Positions 20,319 through 30,137 of a stretch of DNA of 64,000 nucleotides are shown piece after piece (positions within the stretch are counted from its first letter, which is position 1; every line of letters starts with the position of its first letter). Under the pieces are notes generated by a model. It was not told the DNA's origin. It worked only from the letters and a program-made list of their open reading frames with translations, and ran no database searches. The stretch spans positions 71,139 to 135,138 of the forward strand of contig JAWCKR010000001.1 in the NCBI GenBank assembly GCA_038851755.1, written 5' to 3'. This DNA comes from Candidatus Hadarchaeales archaeon (lineage in GTDB: Archaea > Hadarchaeota > Hadarchaeia > Hadarchaeales > WYZ-LMO6). The translations under genes and the position numbers were made by a program.

Positions 20319-21473
20319 ATGAAAGGGGGAAGAGCGAGGGGCTCCTCCGCCCTGGAGGGACGGTGGGAGAAAAGGCTGGCGGAGATAGACCCCCTCGTGG
20401 CCGGGGCCCTGGACAGATCCCTCTCCGGCAAAAGCCTGAGTTTGAGGGAGACGGCAGAGCTGCTCAGGACGGAGGGGAGGGAACTGCAGCTCCTCCTCCT
20501 GGCGGCGGACCTGGTGAGGAGAGGGCTCGTGGGTGAGGTCGCCACCTACGTGGTCAACCGGAACATCAATCACACCAACATCTGCACGGGCTCCTGCAGG
20601 TTCTGCGCCTTCCGCCGCCCCCCCTCCCATCCGGAGGCCTACTCCCTCACCCCCCAGCAGCTGAGGGCGAAGGTGGAGGAGGCCGTGAGGATGGGGGCCA
20701 CCGAAATCTGCCTGCAGGGTGGTCTCCACCCCGACTTCGGACTGGAAACTTACCTGGACCTCCTCCGCATCATCAGGGGGGTTTCGGAGGAGCTCCACAT
20801 CCACGCCTTCTCCCCCGCCGAGCTCGACCACCTCTCCCGGAAAGAGGGGATGTCCGTGGATGAGGTGCTGAAACCTCTCAAGGAAGCCGGCCTGAACTCG
20901 GTTCCGGGGACGGCCGCGGAAATCCTGAGCGACAGGGTGAGGGAGATCATCTGCCCGACGAAGATCAAGACGAAGAGGTGGGTGGAAATCGTCAAGACCT
21001 GTCACCGGAGGGGGATACCCACCACCTCCACCATGATGTACGGAACGGTGGAAACTCCCGAGGAAAGGGCCGGACACCTCCTGCTCCTGAGGGAAATCCA
21101 GAAGGAAACGGGAGGCTTCACGGAGTTTGTCCCCCTTCCCCTGGTTCCCAAGAAGACCGAACTTTATTCCTCGGGCATCACCGGTCCCACCATAAGGGAC
21201 AACCTGAGGACGCACGCCGTGGCCAGGCTGGCCCTGGCGGGTTACATCAACCACGTGCAGGCCTCATGGGTGAAGCTGGGACCGGAGGGGGCCTGCGCCA
21301 TGCTGATGGCCGGGGCGGACGACCTGGGAGGAACCCTGTTCGAGGAGAACATCACCAGGGAGGCGGGAGGGGAGTGGGGGCAGGGAATGACCCCCCACCA
21401 GCTCAGGCTCCTCATCCTGCGGGCCGGAAGGATACCCAGGCAGAGGTCCACCCTCTACGAACTCCTGGACTGA
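20319..21473 (+). CDS. cofH: FO synthase subunit CofH
   Basis: YVVNRNINHTNIC.GSCRFCAF, QGGLHP, PGTAAEIL, QASWVKLG, DLGGTL.EENI. Confidence 0.92.
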   Translation: MKGGRARGSSALEGRWEKRLAEIDPLVAGALDRSLSGKSLSLRETAELLRTEGRELQLLLLAADLVRRGLVGEVATYVVNRNINHTNICTGSCRFCAFRRPPSHPEAYSLTPQQLRAKVEEAVRMGATEICLQGGLHPDFGLETYLDLLRIIRGVSEELHIHAFSPAELDHLSRKEGMSVDEVLKPLKEAGLNSVPGTAAEILSDRVREIICPTKIKTKRWVEIVKTCHRRGIPTTSTMMYGTVETPEERAGHLLLLREIQKETGGFTEFVPLPLVPKKTELYSSGITGPTIRDNLRTHAVARLALAGYINHVQASWVKLGPEGACAMLMAGADDLGGTLFEENITREAGGEWGQGMTPHQLRLLILRAGRIPRQRSTLYELLD

Positions 21474-22396
21474 CGGCCCATCTCCTCCAGGACCCTCCTG
21501 GCCAGCCTCCTCCTCTCCGCCAGATTCCTCATCCAGAGGTTGGCCAGATGCACCCTCATCCCCACCTCCTCCACGGAGGGAGCGAACTCCCTGTCCGAGA
21601 GGTGCAGGAAGAAGTGCCCTGCCACCTCCCTGTAGTACTCGGCCACCCCCCTGGGGCTCACCTCGAACCCCAGGGCCTCCATCAACTTCCCCGCGGGACC
21701 GCTCACCGGGGCCCTCCCCAGAATGGGACTCACCACCCCCACCTCCTCCTTCCTCCTCCTCAGCTCCTCCCGGATCTTCCTGAGGGAGAGGATGGGCCCT
21801 ATGCTGGTCACGGGGTTGCTGGGCCCTATCAGCACGAAGTCGCTCTCCCTGAGCGCGCGCAGAACCCCGGGGGCGGGCTCAGCCTCCTCAGAACCCCTGA
21901 ACCTCACCCCCCTGACCCTCTCCCTCCCCCCTCGACCCACCCAGAACTCCTGGAAATGCACCCAGCCCCGGGGGGTGAGGATTTCCGTGACCACCCTGTC
22001 GTCCGTCATGGGCAGGACCCTGGCCCTCACCCCCCATCTCCTGCAGAGCTCGGAGGTGAACCGGGAGAGCCTCTTCCCCCTCCTGAGCTCCAGGGTCCTG
22101 AGAAGGCAGGTCGCCCTGTCCCTGTCCCCCAGCCTGAGGAGCTCCTTCACCCCCAGTTCCCGCAGGGCGAGGTGGGTCTCAAAGGTGTCGCCCCTTATCC
22201 CCCACCAGGTCTCCTCGTTGATGAGACCGGAAAGGGTGTAGACCACGGCATCCAGGTCGGGGGAAACGTGCAGACCCGACACCTCCACGTCGTCTCCGGT
22301 GTTGACCACCACGCACAGCTCATCCTCCTCCACCTCCCTCACCATCCCCTGCAGGAGCTTCGGGGTGCCCGTGCCCCCGGAAAGGAGGGCGATCAT
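21455..22396 (-). CDS. cofD: 2-phospho-L-lactate transferase
   Basis: LSGGTGTPKLL, NTGDD, SPDLDAVVY, LGDRDRAT, HFQEFWV, GPSNPVTSIGPIL. Confidence 0.95.
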   Translation of the reverse strand: MIALLSGGTGTPKLLQGMVREVEEDELCVVVNTGDDVEVSGLHVSPDLDAVVYTLSGLINEETWWGIRGDTFETHLALRELGVKELLRLGDRDRATCLLRTLELRRGKRLSRFTSELCRRWGVRARVLPMTDDRVVTEILTPRGWVHFQEFWVGRGGRERVRGVRFRGSEEAEPAPGVLRALRESDFVLIGPSNPVTSIGPILSLRKIREELRRRKEEVGVVSPILGRAPVSGPAGKLMEALGFEVSPRGVAEYYREVAGHFFLHLSDREFAPSVEEVGMRVHLANLWMRNLAERRRLARRVLEEMGRQSRSS

Positions 22397-22467
22397 CTCC
22401 CCAGCTCCCCCTCCCCCCTAAAAAGGGTGGGCTTTTTTTCTTCCCCCTCCAGGTATCGGGGACCTGG

Positions 22468-23091
22468 ATGAGGGTAAAGGCTGTGCTCTTCGACCTGGAC
22501 GGGGTGCTGGTGGACTCCCTAGACGTCTGGTACAGGTCGATGAACGAGACCCTGAGCAAGTTCGGAAGGGAGAGGGTGGGGAAGGGGGAGTACCTCAAGA
22601 GGTACTGGGGCTTCAGCCTCTCCAAGAACTTCGAGAGGCTGGGGCTGGGAAGGGAAGCCGTGGACTACTGCCTCTCCCGATACGAGCACCACCTGGAAGA
22701 GATCCAACCTTTCCCCGAAACGAGGGAGGTGCTGGAAGAACTCAGGAGGAGGAGGTTCAAGCTGGCCCTCGTCACCAACACCCCCTCCCGCATGGTGCAG
22801 CGCCTCCTCTCCAAACTGAACCTGAGGGAGTTCTTTCACGCCGTCATCACGGGGGACGATGTGAGGAAGGCCAAGCCACATCCAGACGCCGTGAGAAAGG
22901 CCTGCCGCCAGCTGGAGGTCCCTCCGGAGCAGGCTGTGCTGGTGGGGGACACCAGAAGCGACGTGCTGGCGGGAAGGAGCGCCAAAGTGGTGGTGGTGGG
23001 AGTGGGGGTGGAGGGAGATGTCAGGATCGAGAACCTGAGAGACCTCCTCCTCTTCCTGAGGACCTCAGGAGAAGAGGTCCTTCTCCCTTGA
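22468..23091 (+). CDS. HAD-superfamily phosphatase
   Basis: FDLDGVLVDS, VTN, KPHPD, VGD...D motifs. Confidence 0.88.
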   Translation: MRVKAVLFDLDGVLVDSLDVWYRSMNETLSKFGRERVGKGEYLKRYWGFSLSKNFERLGLGREAVDYCLSRYEHHLEEIQPFPETREVLEELRRRRFKLALVTNTPSRMVQRLLSKLNLREFFHAVITGDDVRKAKPHPDAVRKACRQLEVPPEQAVLVGDTRSDVLAGRSAKVVVVGVGVEGDVRIENLRDLLLFLRTSGEEVLLP

Positions 23092-23823
23092 CCTCACCAG
23101 CTCCCTGGCTCTCCCCTTTCCCTTCTCGTAGACCGCTCCCCTCACCAGCACCACCGGGGTACCCTCCCCCGCCTCGCCCATCATCAGAACGGCCGCGGCC
23201 GCCAGGGCATCGGCCTGGGCCAGCACCGTGACCTTCAGCTCCTTCCCGTACAGGTCCCTTCTTCCCCTGAGGTCGAGCAGGGGTTTCATTCCCGCCACAC
23301 CTATGGCCACGCCCAGGCACCCCGTCCTGAAGGCCCTGCCCTGGGTGTCGGAGATGATCACGGCCACCTCCACTCCCAGTTCCTCCCTGATCCTCCTCCT
23401 GATCTTCTCGGCGCTACCGTCGGGGTCCCGTGGGAGGAGGGTCACATGGTCCTTCTCCACGTTGGAGTGATCCACCCCGGCGTTGGCGCACACGAAGCCG
23501 TGCTCCGTTCTTGTGATGAGCACGTGAGAGGACCTCAGGATTTCCCTGGCCTCCCTGAGGATCACCTCCACCTCCCTGGCGTCCTTCTCCAGACGCGAGG
23601 CCAGCCTCTTCGCCGCTTCTGAGGGCCTGATCCTTCTGAGGTCCACGACCGCACCCTCCGCCTTGGAGACTATGGACTGGGCAACCACGAGCACGTCCCC
23701 GGATTGGAGGGAGAGCCCCTGGGAGCGAAGGGCCTTCACCACCAGCTCCCCTATGTCGTCCCCCTTCTTCACCATGGGAAAACCGGGGAGGGGGATCACC
23801 TCCATCCTGGAGAGTTCGGGCAT
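23065..23823 (-). CDS. cofE: Coenzyme F420-0:gamma-glutamyl ligase (paralogue 1)
   Basis: SIVSKAEG, CANAGVDHSN, SDTQGRAFR, DLYG, MGEAGEGTPVV. Confidence 0.92.
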   Translation of the reverse strand: MPELSRMEVIPLPGFPMVKKGDDIGELVVKALRSQGLSLQSGDVLVVAQSIVSKAEGAVVDLRRIRPSEAAKRLASRLEKDAREVEVILREAREILRSSHVLITRTEHGFVCANAGVDHSNVEKDHVTLLPRDPDGSAEKIRRRIREELGVEVAVIISDTQGRAFRTGCLGVAIGVAGMKPLLDLRGRRDLYGKELKVTVLAQADALAAAAVLMMGEAGEGTPVVLVRGAVYEKGKGRARELVRSREKDLFS

Positions 23824-23905
23824 CCTAGCAGTTTCCCACACCGGGATTTTATACCCGGCTTAGAACCCGAACACCTTCATAAGGGGGGAGAACCACTTCT
23901 CACCC

Positions 23906-24673
23906 GTGGAAGTGAGGCTGATAGGCATCAGGACACCCCTGGTGAGGCCGGGGGACCATCTCCCCAGCCTGCTCCTGAAGACCCTGAGGAAGGCGGGGGG
24001 GCTGAGGAACGGCGACATCCTGGTCCTCTCCTCCAAGGTGGTGGCCGTCTCCCAGGGAAGGATGGTGAAGCTCTCGGAAGTCAGGCCCAGCGCCAGAGCC
24101 CTGCGCCTCTCCAGGAAGGCCGGCCTGGACCCCTCCTTCGTGGAAGTGGTGCTGAGGGAGGCTGACGCGGTGCTCGGAGTCTCCAGGGGGGCCCTCCTCA
24201 CCCTGGTGAAGGGTCTCCTCTGCGCCAACGCGGGGGCGGACCTCTCCAACGCCCCACCCGGTTACGCCATCCTCCTCCCCTCCGAACCGCAGCGGTTCGC
24301 GGAGGGGCTGAGGGAATACCTCAGGAAAGAGGAGGGGGTGGAGGTGGGAATAGTCCTCTCCGACAGCACGGTGCGACCCCTCAGGCTGGGAACGGTGGGG
24401 CAGGCGGTGGGAATCTCCGGGGTGCCGGGGGCTCTCGACTGCCGGGGAAGGCGTGACCTCTTCGGCAGGAGGCTGAGGGTGACGAGAAGGGCCATCGCCG
24501 ATCAGCTGGCCACGGCCGGTGAACTCCTGATGGGGGAGGCGGGGGAGAGGATTCCCCTAGTGGTGGTGAGGGGCCTCAGGATAAGGGGCAAAGGTGTGGG
24601 CACTCCTGCAGTGAAACCGGAGGAGTGTCTTTACTCCCAGCTGCTGGCGGGGAAGATCAGGAGGAGCGGCTGA
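23906..24673 (+). CDS. cofE: CofE-family gamma-glutamyl ligase (paralogue 2)
   Basis: SSKVVAVSQGR, CANAGADLSN, DSTVRPLRLGT, DLFGR, ADQLA, MGEAGE. Confidence 0.85.
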   Translation: MEVRLIGIRTPLVRPGDHLPSLLLKTLRKAGGLRNGDILVLSSKVVAVSQGRMVKLSEVRPSARALRLSRKAGLDPSFVEVVLREADAVLGVSRGALLTLVKGLLCANAGADLSNAPPGYAILLPSEPQRFAEGLREYLRKEEGVEVGIVLSDSTVRPLRLGTVGQAVGISGVPGALDCRGRRDLFGRRLRVTRRAIADQLATAGELLMGEAGERIPLVVVRGLRIRGKGVGTPAVKPEECLYSQLLAGKIRRSG

Positions 24674-25433
24674 GGGGCTTCAGCTCAACGCCCCTCCTGT
24701 CGGAATGTACCTCAAAGCAAACCTCTTCCAGCAGGGTCCCGGAGAGCTTCTCGCACACCATCAGTTCCCTCCCTCCCGGGGAGGGCTCCTTGCGGAAGCT
24801 TATGATTCCGTCCGCCTTGGAGAGGATGTTGGCCTCGAAGGAGGGGTCCAGGGTCCCGGGAATGAGGGGGGCTATTATGGTAAAGCCCCACTTCCTGCAG
24901 GCCTCGCTTAGCTCCTCCAGGAAGGCCAGGAACTCCACCTTCTCCTCCTCGGAGAAGAAGAGGGCGAAGTCGTTGAGGGGGAAGAAGATCAGGACGGAGT
25001 TGGAGGCCTCCCTCTCCAGGAACTTCGAGAGGTCGGAGAAGATCTTGGACTTGGCATCCCTCACCACCTTCCCATCCGTCTGCTTGAGCCACCTGGCCAG
25101 GTCCACGAAGGACTCGGGGAGTTCCCAGAAGGAGCGGAAGAAGACCTTATGGGAGAACGCCTTGCAGAAGTCCTCCGAGAACTTCCCCCCCACATCCTGC
25201 AGCACGCTCTCCTTGCTGGTGGTGAGGGTGAGATACCAGACACGCTCGGGAAGGACCTGGTTCTCGCGCAGCTTGGAACCGTTGAGTTTCGCCAGCCTCA
25301 CGGAGAGGGTGTGGAGAAAGTCCTCCTTCCTGGTCCCTGGTGGCCCCACCAGCACGACCATGGCGCCCACGGGAAGCCCGCCTTGACAGACTTTATCTAG
25401 GGGCTCAAAACCAGTGGGGATCCGGAGGATCAT
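24657..25433 (-). CDS. KaiC/RAD55-like RecA-fold protein with degenerate P-loop
   Basis: RIPTGFEPLDK..QGGLP, GPPGTRKE, ADGII; no canonical GKT/S. Confidence 0.7.
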   Translation of the reverse strand: MILRIPTGFEPLDKVCQGGLPVGAMVVLVGPPGTRKEDFLHTLSVRLAKLNGSKLRENQVLPERVWYLTLTTSKESVLQDVGGKFSEDFCKAFSHKVFFRSFWELPESFVDLARWLKQTDGKVVRDAKSKIFSDLSKFLEREASNSVLIFFPLNDFALFFSEEEKVEFLAFLEELSEACRKWGFTIIAPLIPGTLDPSFEANILSKADGIISFRKEPSPGGRELMVCEKLSGTLLEEVCFEVHSDRRGVELKPLSRSS

Positions 25434-25566
25434 TCCATTTCCTTTCACTTTCTTTCCTTTTAAATTATAACACCCTTGCTGTACTATATCCAATCTTGGA
25501 ATATCTCTAACTTAAAAATCCTCCACAAAGGTTTATGCCGGACCCTCCCACTTCTCCAGAGGCCCC

Positions 25567-26814
25567 ATGGAGACCCTCAAGTGGTTCACCCTGCTCGTCC
25601 TCCTGGGATGCTACTCGCTGGTGATCTCCCGCAGGACCAGAATTTCCCTGGTCTCCCTCTCCTCCGCCCTCCTCCTCCTGGTGGTGGGGGCCCTGAGCCC
25701 CCGAGAAGCCGCGGACTCCGTAAGATGGGGCGTCCTGGGCCTCTACTGGGGCTTCCTCCTCCTCTCCCTTCTCTTCTCGGAGAGCGGACTGCCCTCCGTG
25801 CTGGCCCACCGCCTCCTCAGGACCTCCGGGAGCGAGGGGAGGGCCCTCCTCCTCCTCTGCGGCCTCACCGCCCTCTTCTCCGCCTTTCTGGAGAACGTGG
25901 GGGTGGTCCTCATGATGGCCCCCATAGCGCTGGAGCTGGCGAGGAAGACCCGCTCCTCTCCCTTCCTCCCCCTCATCTCCGTGGCCCTCTCCTCCAACAT
26001 GGTGACCACCGTGAGCATGGTCGCCGATCCCCCCTCCATCATCCTGGCCTCGGAGACCGGCATGCACTTCGCGGACTTTTACTGGTTCAAGGGCAGGCCC
26101 GGCCTGGGCACCCTCTCGGTGGTCGGGGTGCTGGCCGGTCTCCTCACCCACTATTTCCTCCACCTCAGGAAGAGAGGCGAACCCGTGAGAGTGAGGGAGG
26201 AAAAGAAGAAGGTGGACTACTCCCCCCTCCTCCTCTTCCTGGCGGGCATCCTCCTCCTCTGCCTGGACCCCTACCTGGGGATAGGTCCTGGCGTCATAGG
26301 GATGGGGGTGGGAGCGGGCTCCCTCCTGCTGGGCTGGAGAAGGGCCGGCAGAATCCTCAGGGAGTTCGACTGGGATTCCCTTCTCTTCCTGGTGGGCATC
26401 TTCGTGGTGATAGGGGCCGCCCAGAACGTGGGGCTCCTGGGGGACCTGGCCAGGGGTCTCAGGGATCTCAGGCTCGGTCCGGCCTTCACCCTCCTCCTGC
26501 TCACCTACCTCTCCGTGGCCCTCTCCTCTTTCATGGACAATGTCCCCCTCACCGTGCTGATGCTCCCCGTCTGCGCGGACCTGGGAGCTTCCCTGGGCAT
26601 GAGTCCTCTCCCCCTGATGTACGGGGTGTTGATGGGGACGGGGATAGGGGGGAATATCACTCCGGTGGGGGCCACCGCCAACGTCTTCGCCTGCAGGATG
26701 CTGGAGAAAAGGGGCTACAGGATAAGGCTGAAGGAGTACCTGAAGCTCAGCCTGCCCCTCTCCCTCGTCTCCGTGTCCGTCTCCTATCTCCTCCTGCAGC
26801 TTTTCTGGATGTAG
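25567..26814 (+). CDS. ArsB/NhaD/SLC13-type ion or anion permease
   Basis: SAFLENV, ADPPSIIL, SSFMDNVP, GGNITPVGATAN; about 11-12 TM helices. Confidence 0.85.
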   Translation: METLKWFTLLVLLGCYSLVISRRTRISLVSLSSALLLLVVGALSPREAADSVRWGVLGLYWGFLLLSLLFSESGLPSVLAHRLLRTSGSEGRALLLLCGLTALFSAFLENVGVVLMMAPIALELARKTRSSPFLPLISVALSSNMVTTVSMVADPPSIILASETGMHFADFYWFKGRPGLGTLSVVGVLAGLLTHYFLHLRKRGEPVRVREEKKKVDYSPLLLFLAGILLLCLDPYLGIGPGVIGMGVGAGSLLLGWRRAGRILREFDWDSLLFLVGIFVVIGAAQNVGLLGDLARGLRDLRLGPAFTLLLLTYLSVALSSFMDNVPLTVLMLPVCADLGASLGMSPLPLMYGVLMGTGIGGNITPVGATANVFACRMLEKRGYRIRLKEYLKLSLPLSLVSVSVSYLLLQLFWM

Positions 26815-26853
26815 CCAGGAAACCGATTTAGGCGGACGGACAGAGAGAATAAG

Positions 26854-28302
26854 ATGACCGTGAAGCTCAGGAGGATAGACGAGGTCAGGTGGGAGATCCC
26901 GCAGGACTACAAGCCCCACATGAGCGTTCCCGCCCGCATCTACGCGGACGAAGAGATGATAAGGGAGATGGGAAAGGACCTGACGCTCGAGCAGGCGGCC
27001 AATGTCTCCTCCCTCCGCGGGATCTACAGGTACAGCATCACCCTCCCCGACGGACACCAGGGCTACGGTTTTCCCATCGGTGGTGTGGCTGCCACCGACG
27101 CCGACACCGGGGTGATAAGTCCCGGGGGTGTGGGATACGACATCAACTGTGGAGTCCGGCTGATACGTACCGAACTCCACAAACCGGAGGTGGAGCCCAA
27201 GCTCAAGGAGCTGGTGGAGACCCTCTTCAAGAATGTCCCCTCCGGTCTCGGCAGCACCGGGCACGTGAGGCTCACCCCCTCCGAGCTTGACCAGGTGCTG
27301 GAGAACGGGGCGCTGTGGGCGGTGGAGAACGGCTTCGGCTGGCGCGAGGACCTCGAGCGGCTGGAGGAAGGAGGACGCATGGAAGGCGCGGACCCGCGGA
27401 AGGTGAGCGCCGAGGCCAAGCGTCGGGGCTTCCCCCAGCTCGGCAGCCTGGGAAGCGGGAACCACTTCCTGGAGGTCCAGGTGGTGGACAAGATCTACCT
27501 CCCGGAGGTGGCCAAGGTCTTCGGTCTGGAGGAGGAGGGTCAGGTCACGGTGATGATCCACACGGGATCCCGTGGCCTGGGGCACCAGGTCTGCTCCGAC
27601 TACCTCAGGACGATGGAGAGGGCGGCCCACCAGTACCGCATCTCCCTTCCCGACAGGGAACTCGTCAACGTCCCCTTCACCTCACCCGAGGGACAGGCGT
27701 ACTTCTCCGCCATGAAGGGGGCCGCCAACTTCGCCTGGGCCAACAGGCAGATGATCACCCACTGGGTGAGGCAGAGCTTCGAGCACGTCTTCGGAAGGGG
27801 AGCCGAGGCCCTGGGGCTTCACGTGGTCTACGACGTGGCGCACAACATCGCCAAGCTGGAGGAGCACAGGGTGAACGGGGAAAGGAGGAAGGTGGTGGTG
27901 CACAGGAAGGGTGCCACGAGGGCCTTCGGTCCCGGGCACCCCCAGCTCCCCTCCCCCTACAGGGGGGTGGGCCAGCCCGTCCTCATCCCGGGTGACATGG
28001 GCACGGCCTCCTACCTGCTGGTGGGTACGGATAAAGCCATGGAAGAGACCTTCGGCTCCACCGCCCACGGAGCGGGGAGGCACCTCTCCAGGACGGCCGC
28101 CCTCAGGCAGTTCAGGGGGGAGGAGATCAGGGGCAGGCTGTGGGAGAGGGGGATCTACGTCAGGGCCGCCAAGCTCTCCGTGGTAGCGGAAGAGGCCCCG
28201 GAGGCCTACAAGAGCGTGGACAAGGTGGTGGAGATCACGCACCGGGCTGGCCTCTCCTTGAAGGTCGCCAGGCTCACCCCCCTGGGAGTGGCCAAGGGCT
28301 GA
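26854..28302 (+). CDS. rtcB: RNA-splicing ligase RtcB
   Basis: [47 protein letters not shown]. Confidence 0.97.
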   Translation: MTVKLRRIDEVRWEIPQDYKPHMSVPARIYADEEMIREMGKDLTLEQAANVSSLRGIYRYSITLPDGHQGYGFPIGGVAATDADTGVISPGGVGYDINCGVRLIRTELHKPEVEPKLKELVETLFKNVPSGLGSTGHVRLTPSELDQVLENGALWAVENGFGWREDLERLEEGGRMEGADPRKVSAEAKRRGFPQLGSLGSGNHFLEVQVVDKIYLPEVAKVFGLEEEGQVTVMIHTGSRGLGHQVCSDYLRTMERAAHQYRISLPDRELVNVPFTSPEGQAYFSAMKGAANFAWANRQMITHWVRQSFEHVFGRGAEALGLHVVYDVAHNIAKLEEHRVNGERRKVVVHRKGATRAFGPGHPQLPSPYRGVGQPVLIPGDMGTASYLLVGTDKAMEETFGSTAHGAGRHLSRTAALRQFRGEEIRGRLWERGIYVRAAKLSVVAEEAPEAYKSVDKVVEITHRAGLSLKVARLTPLGVAKG

Positions 28303-28304
28303 GG

Positions 28305-29141
28305 ATGAGCTCCCTCTCCGTTCTGCTCCCCTCCTCCCTGGTCTCCGACGGCAGGAGCCAGCTGGAGAAGACCTTCAAGCTCGGGACGGTGGCACGTGCC
28401 CTGGCCATCTTCAGGGTGGAGGAAGTGGTGATCTACCGGGACGGGGACCCCCACGTCAGGGACCACCGAAGGGAGGCCGAGTTCATCAGCACGGTGCTGA
28501 GGTACGCGGAGACCCCCCAGTACCTCAGGAGGCTCCTCTTCCCGAAAAAGGAGGCCCTCAAATACGTGGGAGTCCTTCCTCCCCTCCGCACCCCCCACCA
28601 CCCCCTCCAGGGTGAGAAGAACCAGCCCGGGGCCTTCAGGGAAGCCGCGGTGGTGAGGGCGGAGAGGGGGAGGAGCCTGCTGGAGCTGGGACTGGCGGAG
28701 AAGGGGGTGGCGGAGAGGAGGCTGGAGGAAGGAAGCAGGGTGACCGTGAGGCTGGTGGAGAGGGAAGGGAACCTTTGGAGGGTGGAGGTGGTGCCCAGGG
28801 AGAGCACCGGGGAATACTGGGGGTACCGAGTGCTGGAGAAGGGGGGCCTGGCGGAGGCCGTCAGGCGGTATGAGGCTTACTTTAAAATAGGAACGTCGAG
28901 ATACGGTAAAAAACTGGAGGAGCTGAGAAGGAGCCTGAGGGAGATGAAACCCGAACGGATCATGGTGGCCTTCGGAGGCCCTTACGGCGGCCTGCTCTCC
29001 GTGTGCGAGAGGGAGGGCAGGAGAGCGGAGGAACTCTTCCACCTCCTGGTGAACACCCTCCCGGGACAGGGGGCGGCCACGGTGAGGACGGAGGAGGCCC
29101 TGATGGCCACGCTTGCCCTCCTGCGTGCGGAGGTGGAGTGA
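28305..29141 (+). CDS. SPOUT-family RNA methyltransferase (DUF171/MTH1-like)
   Basis: ARALAIFRV, ETPQYLRR, PPLRTPHH, YWGY, QGAATVRTEEA; typical position upstream of archaeal rpl3. Confidence 0.88.
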   Translation: MSSLSVLLPSSLVSDGRSQLEKTFKLGTVARALAIFRVEEVVIYRDGDPHVRDHRREAEFISTVLRYAETPQYLRRLLFPKKEALKYVGVLPPLRTPHHPLQGEKNQPGAFREAAVVRAERGRSLLELGLAEKGVAERRLEEGSRVTVRLVEREGNLWRVEVVPRESTGEYWGYRVLEKGGLAEAVRRYEAYFKIGTSRYGKKLEELRRSLREMKPERIMVAFGGPYGGLLSVCEREGRRAEELFHLLVNTLPGQGAATVRTEEALMATLALLRAEVE

Positions 29142-30137
29142 GTGGGAAGGAGAGCACACAGGCCCAGGCGCGGATCCCTTGCCTACTCACCCAGGGTGAG
29201 GGCACCCTCCCCGGTACCGCATATCAGGGCCTGGCCCGAAGTCAAGGAAACGCGCCTGCTGGGCTTCGCGGGCTACAAGGCGGGGATGACCCATGTCTTC
29301 TACGTGGACGACAGGAAGAGCAGCCCCACCTCGGGGAAGGAAATCCTCTCTCCCGCCACCGTCATCGAGGCTCCACCCCTGAGGGTCTGCGGGATAAGAT
29401 TGCTGGGCAAAACCGACCACGGGCTCAGGACGCTCACCGAGGTCTGGGCCGGTGACCTCCCCAAGGAGCTGGGCAGGAAACTGAACCTTCCCAAGGCTTC
29501 CCCGGAGGAGGGAAGGAAGAAGGCGGAGGAACTCGTGAGGGAGGGGAAGGTGGAGGAGGTCAGGGCCCTCGTGTGCACCCAGCCCTGGCTCTGCTCGGGA
29601 CCCAAGAAAAAACCGGACGTCTTCGAGGTAGGGGTAGGAGGACCCGACGTGGCCTCAAGGTGGGAGTACTGCAAGAACCTGCTGGGCAAGGAGGTGAAGG
29701 CCTCGGAGGTGTTCAAGCCAGGGGAGTACGTGGACGCCACCGCCATCACGAAGGGCAAGGGGTTCGAGGGACCCGTGAAGAGGTGGGGTGTGAAGATCCT
29801 GCCCAGGAAGACGGACGAGGGAAGGAGGCAGGTGGGTACCCTGGGACCCTGGACCCCCGCCAGGATCATGTGGAGTGTCCCCGCCGCCGGGCAGATGGGC
29901 TATCACCAGAGAACGGAGCTGAACAAGCGCATCCTGAAGATAGGGAAGGGGGAGGAGGTGACTCCTCCGGGAGGGTTCAGGAGGTGGGGACCCGTGAAGA
30001 GCGAGTACCTGCTGGTGGCCGGATCCCTCCCAGGTCCCACCAAGAGACTGGTCCAGCTGAGACCGGCGAGGAGGGCTGAGGGAACCGGGGGCGTCCCCGT
30101 GCTGACCTACATGGCGGGTACGGGTGTGGAGAGATGA
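29142..30137 (+). CDS. rpl3: 50S ribosomal protein L3
   Basis: PRRGSLAYSPR, FAGYKAGMTH, TKGKGFEGPVKRWG, GQMGYHQRTE. Confidence 0.97.
   Translation: MGRRAHRPRRGSLAYSPRVRAPSPVPHIRAWPEVKETRLLGFAGYKAGMTHVFYVDDRKSSPTSGKEILSPATVIEAPPLRVCGIRLLGKTDHGLRTLTEVWAGDLPKELGRKLNLPKASPEEGRKKAEELVREGKVEEVRALVCTQPWLCSGPKKKPDVFEVGVGGPDVASRWEYCKNLLGKEVKASEVFKPGEYVDATAITKGKGFEGPVKRWGVKILPRKTDEGRRQVGTLGPWTPARIMWSVPAAGQMGYHQRTELNKRILKIGKGEEVTPPGGFRRWGPVKSEYLLVAGSLPGPTKRLVQLRPARRAEGTGGVPVLTYMAGTGVER

Noticed and set aside
25507-27630. Many long alternative ORFs (e.g. 707 aa at 25507-27630, 690 aa at 53260, 587 aa at 60692, 545 aa at 36379)
   Set aside because: Antisense or off-frame shadows of well-supported genes in high-GC DNA; low-complexity Pro/Gly/His-rich translations without motifs.
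26854-28302. Intein in RtcB or the radical SAM genes
   Set aside because: Normal lengths; no intein splice-junction or LAGLIDADG motifs.
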